Shown one piece after another: positions 25,118-33,225 of a DNA stretch of 33,225 nt (within the stretch, counting starts at the first letter, position 1; the number at the start of each line of letters is the position of its first letter). This stretch comes from Dehalococcoidia bacterium (GTDB lineage Bacteria; Chloroflexota; Dehalococcoidia; GIF9; AB-539-J10), in the NCBI GenBank assembly GCA_030603485.1, contig JAUVXS010000002.1:1-33225 (forward strand), given 5' to 3'. The notes beneath the pieces were generated by a model. That model ran no database searches. It had not been told where the DNA came from and worked only from the letters and a program-made list of their open reading frames with translations. A program made the position numbers and the translations under genes.

Positions 25118-26320
25118 CTACAATCCTATAATAGCAACACTAACGATGTTCATGGCTGGAAAACCGCCCATATTGTGAGTTAGACCCAGCCTGGGGTTCT
25201 TGATTTGCCGTTCTGGCAGCTGGGCTTTGCCCTGCAATTGTTTATACATTTCATACAGCATCCTGAGGCCAGAGGCACCAATAGGATGCCCGAAGCACTT
25301 CAATCCACCATCGGGCTGGATAGGCTGCGGTCCATCAAGATTGAAACGTCCAGCCTCGATGTCTTCCTTGACTTTCCCCCTGGGGCTGAATTGCAGATCT
25401 TCCATAGTCACCGCCTCAGTTATGGAGAAGCAATCGTGTACCTCAGCCATGCTTATCTCTTCACGTGGGTTCTTTATCCCCGCCTCCTTATAAGCCAGCA
25501 TACCAGCACGGTAACCGGTCTCAACATGAGCTCCATCCCATTTGGTATACATCAATTCCTCGCCTGAACTTAAAGCAATTTGTAGTGTCTTAACATATAC
25601 GGGATCTGGCCGAAATTTCTTGGCCATGTCAGCCCTGGTTACGATTGCAGCCGCTGCGCCATCACTGACTCCGCAGCAATCAAAAAGCCCCAGAGGCCAG
25701 GCTATTATAGGTGCATTTATTATCTGTTCCTCAGTTACTTCGCGGCGCAGATGCGCCTTCGGGTTCCGGGCTCCATTATAGTGGCTTTTGGCTGACACTT
25801 TAGCCAGCATTCTCTTGCCCTCCTCGGGACTGAGGCCATATACAGAAAAGTATCTGGTTGCCAGCATGGCAAAGGCTCCAGGAGCGGTCAATTTAGGCAT
25901 AATCAGTGCATTTTTTGTTCCCATAAGACCAGGATTACCTGGGAGACCACCGTATCCCGTATCTTTGAGCTTTTCTACACCCAGAGCCAGAGCGATATCA
26001 TAAGCTCCTGAAGCTACACCGTAACATGCACCCCTGAAGGCTTCTGTGGCAGTAGCACAAAAATTTTCCGTCCTGGTGACCGGAATAAAGGGCAACTTCA
26101 AGGCCAAAGCCAAAGATGTAGCCCCTTTTCCTACGCTTTGTTCCTCAAAATGCACGCCGAACCAGGCCGCATTGATGTCCTTTTTTTCTATACCCGCGTC
26201 CTCGATGCATTCCTTATAAGCATCTACCATAAGGTCATCTGCACTCTTATCCCATAGCTCTCCAAACTTAGTGCAACCCATCCCTATAATAGCAACCTTG
26301 TCTTTAATACCTTCTGCCAT
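25118..26320 (-). CDS. SCP-x/archaeal-type thiolase (lipid-transfer-protein-like)
   Basis: VAIIGMG, nucleophile context NFCATATEAF, VHDCFSITE, GHPIGASGLRM, THNMGG. Start moved to ATG 26320 (GGAGGGAG SD). Confidence 0.85.
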   Translation of the reverse strand: MAEGIKDKVAIIGMGCTKFGELWDKSADDLMVDAYKECIEDAGIEKKDINAAWFGVHFEEQSVGKGATSLALALKLPFIPVTRTENFCATATEAFRGACYGVASGAYDIALALGVEKLKDTGYGGLPGNPGLMGTKNALIMPKLTAPGAFAMLATRYFSVYGLSPEEGKRMLAKVSAKSHYNGARNPKAHLRREVTEEQIINAPIIAWPLGLFDCCGVSDGAAAAIVTRADMAKKFRPDPVYVKTLQIALSSGEELMYTKWDGAHVETGYRAGMLAYKEAGIKNPREEISMAEVHDCFSITEAVTMEDLQFSPRGKVKEDIEAGRFNLDGPQPIQPDGGLKCFGHPIGASGLRMLYEMYKQLQGKAQLPERQIKNPRLGLTHNMGGFPAMNIVSVAIIGL

Positions 26321-26359
26321 TTTTGCTCCCTCCATAGATTTTATTAATTCCCACTGTGG

Positions 26360-27802
26360 TCAAGCACGTATTGGCATTGCCTTCCATGAATAACCGTGAA
26401 CACCACCTGACTCATCAACATATCGTCTGCGGAAGGTCATCTCTACCGGCATGCCTACTTTAACGGAATCCAGGTCACAATCAACAAAATCAAACCAAAA
26501 CCTGCCACCACCATCAAAATCCACCAGGCCATATACTGAAGGTGGGTCGATACTGGCAGCTAGATTATCGCCGGTATAAGTAAATACGACGCCTTTCTTA
26601 TCCGAAAAGCGATAATCTTCCATCTGGTCAATGGCTCCGCAATCAGGATTTACACATACTCTTTGATATGGATATTGTGGCGTGCCGCATTTTTTGCACT
26701 TCGATCCACAAAGAGCCAAAACTACTTTCCGCTCCCTGAACAACGCCGACATCGGTGTGCGAATGCTTATCTCGCCACGCATACCTAAGTCCATAGGTGC
26801 TAAATTTCTGAAGGCAAGGTATTTTTCATAGCTGGTAAGCTCCTTTTTCGAGTTCAAGTGTTTCTTGACCGCCCTCTTGCCCTTTATATTCTCTATTCTT
26901 TCAGTAACCTGGAAAAACAGTGCGTCGCTACCGTTCCCAAAGCTGGCGACCAATATTTTGTCGCCTGGCTTTGCGTCTTCCAGTGCCGCTACCAACATCA
27001 TTAGAGGCGAAGCTGACCCAGTGTCACCGACTGTGCTAAGCAATGTATCCTGAAGCTGACCAGGGTCAGCACCCAATTGCTTGGCTATAGCTCCATGCCC
27101 TCGTGCATACAGTCCGGGATAAGCTATCTTGGTAAAGTCCTTGATGTTCAGATTGTATTTCTTCAATAGTCCAGAAATTACCTCCGGAATAAATTGACTA
27201 TAGCCAGAATCGCGAATGAATCTATCTTCCCAGGCATGCTCAAATTTTTCTCCACTTGCTCTCCATCGGTCGGGGAAATCGTAGGAAACAGAATACGAAC
27301 CTTCAAAAGTAGCAATCACATCATCACTGCCAACAAGAAGTGACGCAGCGCCATCACCATAGAGAGACTCTTGAGGACTGCCCGGTTTGCTCAAACGGCA
27401 ATCAGAAGCACAGACGAGAATATTACTTGACATCTCCCCCCTTACAGTATCAAATGCGGAAAGCAGTGCAGTAGTCCCTGACTTCGTAGAGCCTATGAAA
27501 TCAGCAGTCCGCATATTTGCCTGTAAATCAAGGGCAGTAGCTATCAGAGCTGAATTTTGCCTTACCATATAAGGCTGACTGGTAGTGGCAAGATACAGAC
27601 CATCAACTATCTCCCGTTTCATACCACTTAAGCAATCAATTCCTGCGGCTACTGCCATGCTGAGAGCATCCTCATCGTGATTAGCGACTGCATTTTCACC
27701 GGGCGGTGGGAACGTCCCCAGGAACCCAACAGCCGTGAAGATAGTGTTGTGATTCATTCGATACCGTGGGATATAAGCTCCGTAAGACTTGATGCCGACC
27801 AT
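26360..27802 (-). CDS. HMG-CoA-synthase-like domain fused to a DUF35 Zn-ribbon/OB-fold domain
   Basis: N-terminal MVGIKSYGAYIPRYR matches the HMGCS/KAS-III fold. C-terminal CGSKCKKCG...CVNPDCG zinc ribbon plus an OB segment (GVVFTYT...VGMPVEMTF). GGAGG SD. Confidence 0.75.
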   Translation of the reverse strand: MVGIKSYGAYIPRYRMNHNTIFTAVGFLGTFPPPGENAVANHDEDALSMAVAAGIDCLSGMKREIVDGLYLATTSQPYMVRQNSALIATALDLQANMRTADFIGSTKSGTTALLSAFDTVRGEMSSNILVCASDCRLSKPGSPQESLYGDGAASLLVGSDDVIATFEGSYSVSYDFPDRWRASGEKFEHAWEDRFIRDSGYSQFIPEVISGLLKKYNLNIKDFTKIAYPGLYARGHGAIAKQLGADPGQLQDTLLSTVGDTGSASPLMMLVAALEDAKPGDKILVASFGNGSDALFFQVTERIENIKGKRAVKKHLNSKKELTSYEKYLAFRNLAPMDLGMRGEISIRTPMSALFRERKVVLALCGSKCKKCGTPQYPYQRVCVNPDCGAIDQMEDYRFSDKKGVVFTYTGDNLAASIDPPSVYGLVDFDGGGRFWFDFVDCDLDSVKVGMPVEMTFRRRYVDESGGVHGYSWKAMPIRA

Positions 27803-27981
27803 TGATTAACCTCCTGATATAAGCTTCTTGGAACCAAGAAACTATGGCATGGAAGCTGAATAATGTCAAACCCTGACAGGCTCTGTTCTCCCACAATCAA
27901 CAATTGAAATCCTACACGAGAGTGCTTGGTAATAGCTCAGAATGACAAAGGAACGCTATTAAACAATCTCCCACACACTGT

Positions 27982-28010
27982 TTGACACGCTTTCCAAGCC
28001 ATGTTATCAT
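27982..28010 (+). promoter_or_regulatory. Sigma-70-like promoter with an extended -10
   Basis: TTGACA, a 17-nt spacer ending in TGt, then TATCAT. About 155 nt upstream of the ATG at 28168, in the divergent intergenic region. Confidence 0.4.
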
Positions 28011-28167
28011 GAAGCCCCGGGGTGATCCCCTCTCATGGAAAGTGCAGCAGGAATGCCAGCTCTGTGGCATACTATTAGTAATTGTATTTAATCGAACCTA
28101 TAGGATGTGGTAAATTATATGCAAATTTCAGTAAAAAATAGACTATTAAAATAGAAGGAGGTGACAA

Positions 28168-28938
28168 ATGAAAATCGAGGACATTAAGACTATCGGGGTT
28201 ATGGGTGCTGGTGTCATGGGTGGCGGCATTAGCCAGACGGCAATCATCGCCGGCTACAATGTTATCTGTCGCGACCTCACCGATGAAATCCTGGCCAAGG
28301 CGAAAGACACAATGATTAATGGTCGGTTTGGCTTGAAGGGCGGTGTCGAACGCGGCAAACATACTCAACAGCAGGTTGATGAAGCCCTGGCACGCCTTAC
28401 ACTGACTACAAAGGTTGAGGACCTGAAAGACTGCGACTTTGTTATTGAAGCAATAGGTGGTGGTCCCGGTCAACTAGAAAATAAGCCGATGAAAATAAAA
28501 GTATTTGGTGAACTAGATAAGATAGCCAAGAAAGAGGCTATTTTCGCCAGCAATACCTCATACTTTACCATAGCTGACCTGGCAGCAGCAACAGAACGCA
28601 AGGATAGATTTCTGGGAGTGCACTGGTTCAGTCCGGCGAACATCATGAAGCTGGCCGAGGTGATATATACCCCAGACGTCAAAGAAGAGGTAATACAGGT
28701 AGTAGAGGAACTATGTAAGAAATTAGGCAAGACAAGCGTCCGCGTAAAGGATATGCCCGGTGACCTTGGCCATATAGCTAACCGCATCTTTTACCGCGGT
28801 GTTGCAGCAGAGGCGCGAAAAGTCGTCGAGGAAGGTGTCGCCACCCCACAGGATGTTGACATTGCCATGAAACTGGGATTCAATTGGCCAGCCGGACCAT
28901 TCGAACTGGGAGCCGGTGCCCGTAGCGGTTGGGGATAA
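28168..28938 (+). CDS. 3-hydroxyacyl-CoA dehydrogenase (Hbd/FadB NAD-binding type), C-terminus apparently short
   Basis: IGVMGAGVMGGGISQ Rossmann motif and NTSYF, HWFSPA, GHIANR motifs. AGGAGG SD. Ends soon after GPFEL. Confidence 0.8.
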   Translation: MKIEDIKTIGVMGAGVMGGGISQTAIIAGYNVICRDLTDEILAKAKDTMINGRFGLKGGVERGKHTQQQVDEALARLTLTTKVEDLKDCDFVIEAIGGGPGQLENKPMKIKVFGELDKIAKKEAIFASNTSYFTIADLAAATERKDRFLGVHWFSPANIMKLAEVIYTPDVKEEVIQVVEELCKKLGKTSVRVKDMPGDLGHIANRIFYRGVAAEARKVVEEGVATPQDVDIAMKLGFNWPAGPFELGAGARSGWG

Positions 28939-29283
28939 GCCTCCAACTTGCCAAGAAGATTCATATACAAGGCACCTTACCGGACAAAGAGGGGTGGTTA
29001 GACTGGCAGGGGCTGTATCCTGGGTGAGGGTCGGAGTCCGATGGCGGTGAAAGCCTTCTGTGCCAGGGGAGGCAGGTTCGGCTATGTCGGGAAGACCTGT
29101 GTAGCTCCTCCAATCACTCCAGGGAGCACAGCCGCTCCTGCTGGACCCTAACACTATGCCGCTCGCTCAATAGTTACGGGGCGGTTACTTCGTAGCTGAG
29201 AGACGCCGGCAGGTGTCAAAGTTGGGAAACACTCATTCCCTTTCCGGCATCCTTTTCGAATTCTTCACGCTAAAAGGTGTAGA

Positions 29284-30075
29284 CTAAACAGTTTCTATCC
29301 TCACATCGTCCACGCTCTCTGCCACTTTTTTCAAGTCAACCAGGGCTATGGTGCGCTCAGAAGGATAATGTCTATAAGCTGAGGATGTGAATATAGTAAG
29401 GCATCTTCTGTCATACATTGTGGGTGGGGCATCTGGCTGGTGAGACCTTATCAAGACATTTTTACCCAGGCGGGACATGATTTCCTCGAACCAGCCTCGC
29501 CCGAATTGAGGTCTCCCGGTATAGGGGTCGATTCCCAGGAACTCTCCTTCCCTTTCTTGCCAATCCCCCCAGGTTATTTGATGCCATTCAATGCTACCTG
29601 GCTTTATCCTGTTTATATCCTCTAAACCTGACACATCGGGGAGTGCTCCATGCAGAGCAATGATTCCATTTGAAGTGGACACGGCGAGTGGCAACCTGGA
29701 AAGAACCTCACTATATCGCTGACGAAGTTCGGCATCCAGTCCTTCCCAGAAATCGGCAGGGTGGAAGCTGAGTACAGCATGGCCTTCATGATTTCCCATA
29801 AGCAGGTAAAGAGAATCGGGGTGCTCAGTTTTTTGCCCAAGCAAAAAGTTAATGTTCTCCAGGGAAGCTGGTCCCCGGTCGACATAGTCCCCCAGGAAAA
29901 CTAGCTTATTCTCCGACTTGAGATACCTGTGGACAATTTTCTCCGTGGCTTCGAGGTCACCATGAGTATCGCCAACGAAAATGACTCTGCCTGCCTCCAA
30001 CTGTATCAACTTTGCTTCCGAGGCAAACTTCTTCTCCGCCTCGTTGAGCAATTCCTTTATTTCTTCCCTGGTCAT
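29284..30075 (-). CDS. PPP-family metallophosphoesterase (Ser/Thr phosphatase-like)
   Basis: GDTHGD, GDYVDRG and GNHE motifs. ATG 30075 preferred; the ORF is open to the TTG at 30114. Confidence 0.8.
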   Translation of the reverse strand: MTREEIKELLNEAEKKFASEAKLIQLEAGRVIFVGDTHGDLEATEKIVHRYLKSENKLVFLGDYVDRGPASLENINFLLGQKTEHPDSLYLLMGNHEGHAVLSFHPADFWEGLDAELRQRYSEVLSRLPLAVSTSNGIIALHGALPDVSGLEDINRIKPGSIEWHQITWGDWQEREGEFLGIDPYTGRPQFGRGWFEEIMSRLGKNVLIRSHQPDAPPTMYDRRCLTIFTSSAYRHYPSERTIALVDLKKVAESVDDVRIETV

Positions 30076-30300
30076 ACTACAAAGCCTGTCGGTTCGAAGA
30101 AGTATACACTTCAATCAGCATAAATACTTTCCGTGATAAAAAGCAACAAAAGCTGTCTTTGATTTACTTCTGGGTAATTCGGAGATAGATGACCCTTTGG
30201 GAAAGGCATCAATGGCAAGAAAACCCGAGGGATTTGACGAGCATATCAGGGAAATAAAGAGAATACACCATATTCGTTGACAGCTCTCAGTATATAACTA

Positions 30301-31230
30301 TTATGCTGGTCTCTTAGTGAAAGGCCAGAGTTCCCTCCACTCTCGTTTTTCCCACACCACCAGAAGCTGGCTGGAGACGCAGATAGAGCTGTAGGTGCCG
30401 ATGATGACGCCGAGGAGCAATACCAGGACGAAATAGTGTATGGTGGCTCCACCGAAAAGGAACAGGGCCAGGAGCACAAAAAAGGTGGTCAGGGCAGTAT
30501 TTAGACATCTCCCCAGCGTTTCTACGAGGCTATCATTGACCGTCTTGGCGAAATCGGGTCCAGTTTGTCTTGATACATTTTCCCGAATGCGGTCAAAGAC
30601 GACCACAGTGTTATTGATGCTGTAGCCGACAACGGCAAGCAGCCCGGTGATAAACAGGGCATCAATCTCCACCTCGGCAAGCCAGCCCAGGAGGGAGAAA
30701 ATGCCCGTTATTATGAACACATCGTGGATGAGAGCAATGACGGCGCAGGTGCCCCAGCGAAAGGGACTGGGCATGCGACGAAAAGCCCAGACAATGTAAA
30801 ACATCATAGCCACAGCAGCTATTATTACGGCGATGACAGCATTGCGCGCTGTTTTCGCCGCCACTGTTTCCGAGACTAAATAGTAATCGGTTATTTCAAC
30901 CTGAGAATCCAATTCTGTCCCGAGTTTCCCTGCCAGCTCTCTTGCATTAGTTGAGGTTATTTCCCTGGTGTGGATGATGAAATTACCCTCACCGGCGTTT
31001 TGAATAGTTGCCTTATCATATCCCAGCTTAGCCATCTCTTCCCGCAACTGGCTTTGCTCGACCGCCGGGCTAAACTGAAGAATCATAGATGTGCCACCGG
31101 TGAAATCCGTTCCAAGCCGCAGTGGAGATTTGACCTGTATTTGAGAGATGACCAGGGCAACTATTGCTATAACTACAAGTATTCCTGAAATAAGGAAAAA
31201 CCACCGCTTCTTACCGACAAAGTCTATCAT
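30301..31230 (-). CDS. secF: Protein translocase subunit SecF
   Basis: LGTDFTGGT motif, a six-TM layout, and position immediately downstream of secD. Confidence 0.9.
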   Translation of the reverse strand: MIDFVGKKRWFFLISGILVVIAIVALVISQIQVKSPLRLGTDFTGGTSMILQFSPAVEQSQLREEMAKLGYDKATIQNAGEGNFIIHTREITSTNARELAGKLGTELDSQVEITDYYLVSETVAAKTARNAVIAVIIAAVAMMFYIVWAFRRMPSPFRWGTCAVIALIHDVFIITGIFSLLGWLAEVEIDALFITGLLAVVGYSINNTVVVFDRIRENVSRQTGPDFAKTVNDSLVETLGRCLNTALTTFFVLLALFLFGGATIHYFVLVLLLGVIIGTYSSICVSSQLLVVWEKREWRELWPFTKRPA

Positions 31231-31240
31231 TTCAGGTTTC

Positions 31241-32605
31241 TCACTTCTTTGGGACTGACGTTACTCCATATGCTGCCAGATTTTTAACCACGCGGCTGCC
31301 TATAATCAGGCGGAGGAAGGTTCTGGTGACCACAATGGCTGTGAACATGGATAAAGCCACACCAATAAGCAGGGTCTGGGCAAAGTCTTTGACCATAAGA
31401 GCGCCAAACCCGCGGCCAAGCCAGATAAGTATGATGCAGGCGATAAAGGTGGTGATGTTGCTATCTCTGATAGCCGTCCAGGCGCGGTTGAACCCGGTCT
31501 CAGTGGCAGCACCTAAGCTGCGACCCCCCCGTAGTTCCTCCTTGGTGCGCTCAAAGATAAGGACGTTGGCATCTACAGCCATGCCCAGCGAGAGGATAAA
31601 TCCGGCCACGCCAGGCAAAGTCAGGGTTATGGGCGCTACAGGCCAGAGCTTAAAAATGGATAAAAGCATCACGCCATAAATCCCCAAGCTGAGGCAAGCT
31701 ACCAGGCCAAGGAGACGGTAGTAAACAAGCATAAATATCACCAGTAGCACTATCCCAATCACTGCTGCCATTATGCTCTTCTCGATAGAATCCTGCCCTA
31801 AGGTAGCATTTACTGTCCTTTCGTAGAGCGGAACACTAGGTTCAAATATTCCAGCTACCCACCTCCCCAGTGGAACGGGGATACGCCCGGCGTTAAGCAA
31901 CCGGGATAATTCCTGGGCGTCAGCAAGGCTCAGCCCTTCAATTTGTCCCTTGTCTTCTATCACCGCTTGTACCACCGGAGCGATGATACGACCATCTTCA
32001 CCCCGGAGCGGCTCATCGCTAAGGTAAATAGCTAATTGTTTTCCGAGAAGGCGGGTTGTAATCTGTTTGGAAAGCTCCTGTCCCTCTTCATCCCATTCAA
32101 ATTTTAATAACGGTCTGCCCAACTGGCCTACAGTAGCGTAAGTGTTTTCCTTAAAATATCTACTGGTAAGGGTTAATTCTTCGCCATTCACCATTCCTGT
32201 AGCAGGAGTCCAATTTCCTCCGGCATCCTGTTCACGGAATTCGAGCACGGTGAAGAGCCCAATCGTCTCCTTGGCTTTCTCAATGTCAGCAATGCCTGGT
32301 AGTTGGATGACAATGTTATATTCACCCTCGTATTTCTGTAGTTGGACAACGGACTCGGTTATGCCCAGAGCATCGATACGCCTTTCTATAACCCCCTTCA
32401 CACCCCTCATAGTATCATCCTCTTTGCCAGGCTCGATGTCGCTGACATCGGCCTGATAAACCAGATAGCTGCCGCCGGCAAGGTCAAGCCCCAGCCTTAG
32501 TCCTTCCCTGCCAAAAACATTCCTACCCAGCGGGGCTATGGACCATAAGGCGAAGCCGAACAGAACAAGGATGAAAATAAGTAAATAAACGTTTCCCCTT
32601 CTCAA
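31241..32605 (-). CDS. secD: Protein translocase subunit SecD
   Basis: LGLDLAGGSYLVY motif and a C-terminal RND-like TM bundle. TTG start located 1 nt after the stop of the upstream gene. Confidence 0.9.
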   Translation of the reverse strand: MRRGNVYLLIFILVLFGFALWSIAPLGRNVFGREGLRLGLDLAGGSYLVYQADVSDIEPGKEDDTMRGVKGVIERRIDALGITESVVQLQKYEGEYNIVIQLPGIADIEKAKETIGLFTVLEFREQDAGGNWTPATGMVNGEELTLTSRYFKENTYATVGQLGRPLLKFEWDEEGQELSKQITTRLLGKQLAIYLSDEPLRGEDGRIIAPVVQAVIEDKGQIEGLSLADAQELSRLLNAGRIPVPLGRWVAGIFEPSVPLYERTVNATLGQDSIEKSIMAAVIGIVLLVIFMLVYYRLLGLVACLSLGIYGVMLLSIFKLWPVAPITLTLPGVAGFILSLGMAVDANVLIFERTKEELRGGRSLGAATETGFNRAWTAIRDSNITTFIACIILIWLGRGFGALMVKDFAQTLLIGVALSMFTAIVVTRTFLRLIIGSRVVKNLAAYGVTSVPKK

Positions 32606-32606
32606 T

Positions 32607-33225
32607 TTAGTCTACCTTTGTGTTAGGGATTGTTTTTACTCCAGACTTCTGGGATTTTTGGATAACTTTTGTTTGCTGTTTGCTCACAGACGACAACTCC
32701 CTGCGAACTAAGGCTAATGCTTCTTCCCTGGTGCTTAACTCACCGCTGGCATGAGCCTCGTTGACTGTAGAGAGGAGTTTGCCAACCAGTGGTCCTGGTG
32801 CTAAGCCAAACTGATTCATTATATCATGTCCATCAATAAGTTTCACTGGTAAAATTTTGACTTGCTGCTTGTCATGCTCTGCCAGTATGTAGTTTATTAA
32901 TTGGCAATGCTTTTTCCATTCCTCCATAGATGCCAGAGGACCACGGCTGGCCAGATAATCGGCCAAAGCCAGGAATAGAATATCAATGCCGACCCCGCCG
33001 GTATCCCGAAAGTAGCGATAAATTGCCCGTTGGGTAGGCAGTCCTTCATTTGCCATCTGGACCGGACGGAGGTGATGATAAACAAGGCTTTCCACCAGTC
33101 TTATTTCCCGATTGCTAAATCGCAACCGTTCCAAAATGTTCGCAGTCATAGCTGCTCCTTGTTTGGTATGCCCTAAAAACCTGGCTCTACCTGTATCATC
33201 AATAGACTTTGTCATTGGTTTTGCA
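32607..33225 (-). CDS. HD-domain C-terminal region of a CCA-adding enzyme/poly(A) polymerase-family protein (5' end outside the window)
   Basis: LVYHHLRPVQM ... IYRYFRDTGGVGIDILFLALADYLA resembles the C-terminal part of bacterial tRNA nucleotidyltransferases. The frame stays open to the window edge. Confidence 0.6.
   Translation of the reverse strand, partial: AKPMTKSIDDTGRARFLGHTKQGAAMTANILERLRFSNREIRLVESLVYHHLRPVQMANEGLPTQRAIYRYFRDTGGVGIDILFLALADYLASRGPLASMEEWKKHCQLINYILAEHDKQQVKILPVKLIDGHDIMNQFGLAPGPLVGKLLSTVNEAHASGELSTREEALALVRRELSSVSKQQTKVIQKSQKSGVKTIPNTKVD

Noticed and set aside
28723-29154. 143-aa minus-strand ORF
   Set aside because: It overlaps the 3' end of the dehydrogenase gene and the GC-rich spacer. 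It is Pro/Ser/Gly/Thr-rich with no SD, which is typical of a GC-driven spurious frame.
28981-29283. Riboswitch-like strings: GGTGAAAGCC and GTCGGGAAGACCTG (cobalamin-like), ACGGGGCG...GCTGAGA (TPP-like)
   Set aside because: The B12-box core GCCACTG and the TPP ACCTGA...TAATGCC...AGGGA half are absent, and the spacing does not fit. There is also no downstream gene in the plus orientation, because the region is a convergent spacer. I also found no match to the SRP (GGAAGCAGC), RNase P or tmRNA cores.

Overview
This 33.2-kb window has bacterial gene organisation: SD-type ribosome-binding sites, standard stop codons, two tRNAs and secDF. Gene content suggests an uncultivated Chloroflexota/Dehalococcoidia-like genome, but that is inference only.

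Block 1 (0.2-10.4 kb) is an accessory redox/hydrolase region. It holds an amidohydrolase, an aldo/keto reductase, two SAM methyltransferases and a same-strand cluster. The cluster comprises a nitroreductase, a TIGR04076-like protein, an MBL hydrolase, a DUF169-like protein and a Tat-less RdhA/QueG-type corrinoid Fe-S protein. Short relic repeats of integrative elements are scattered through it.

Block 2 (10.4-19.2 kb) is an integration hotspot at adjacent tRNA-Trp and tRNA-Leu genes. Upstream of tRNA-Trp lies a decayed element bounded by a copy of the tRNA-Trp 5' half. A well-preserved 5.2-kb island sits in tRNA-Leu, bounded by a perfect 57-bp direct repeat. It carries a tyrosine integrase and AT-rich ORFan cargo: an HNH-like protein, a soluble-plus-3-TM gene pair and small membrane proteins. 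Just outside attR is a stand-alone 463-aa protein with five CxxC pairs and two tandem, incomplete PD-(D/E)xK-like domains.

Block 3 (19.4-33.2 kb) looks like core genome. It contains an MBL hydrolase, a seven-gene R-specific beta-oxidation-like operon, a divergent 3-hydroxyacyl-CoA dehydrogenase, a PPP phosphatase, secDF and a partial HD/CCA-enzyme-like gene. The operon has two ACADs, an MFE-2-type SDR, a split MaoC hydratase, an SCPx-type thiolase and an HMG-CoA-synthase-like/DUF35 fusion that seems to lack its catalytic triad.

No CRISPR array or rRNA was seen. The best candidates for undescribed biology are the island cargo, the 463-aa Zn-ribbon/double-nuclease-fold protein, the RdhA-like cluster and the pseudo-HMGCS-DUF35 fusion. 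All functional calls rest on motif recognition by eye and need HMM or structure checks.
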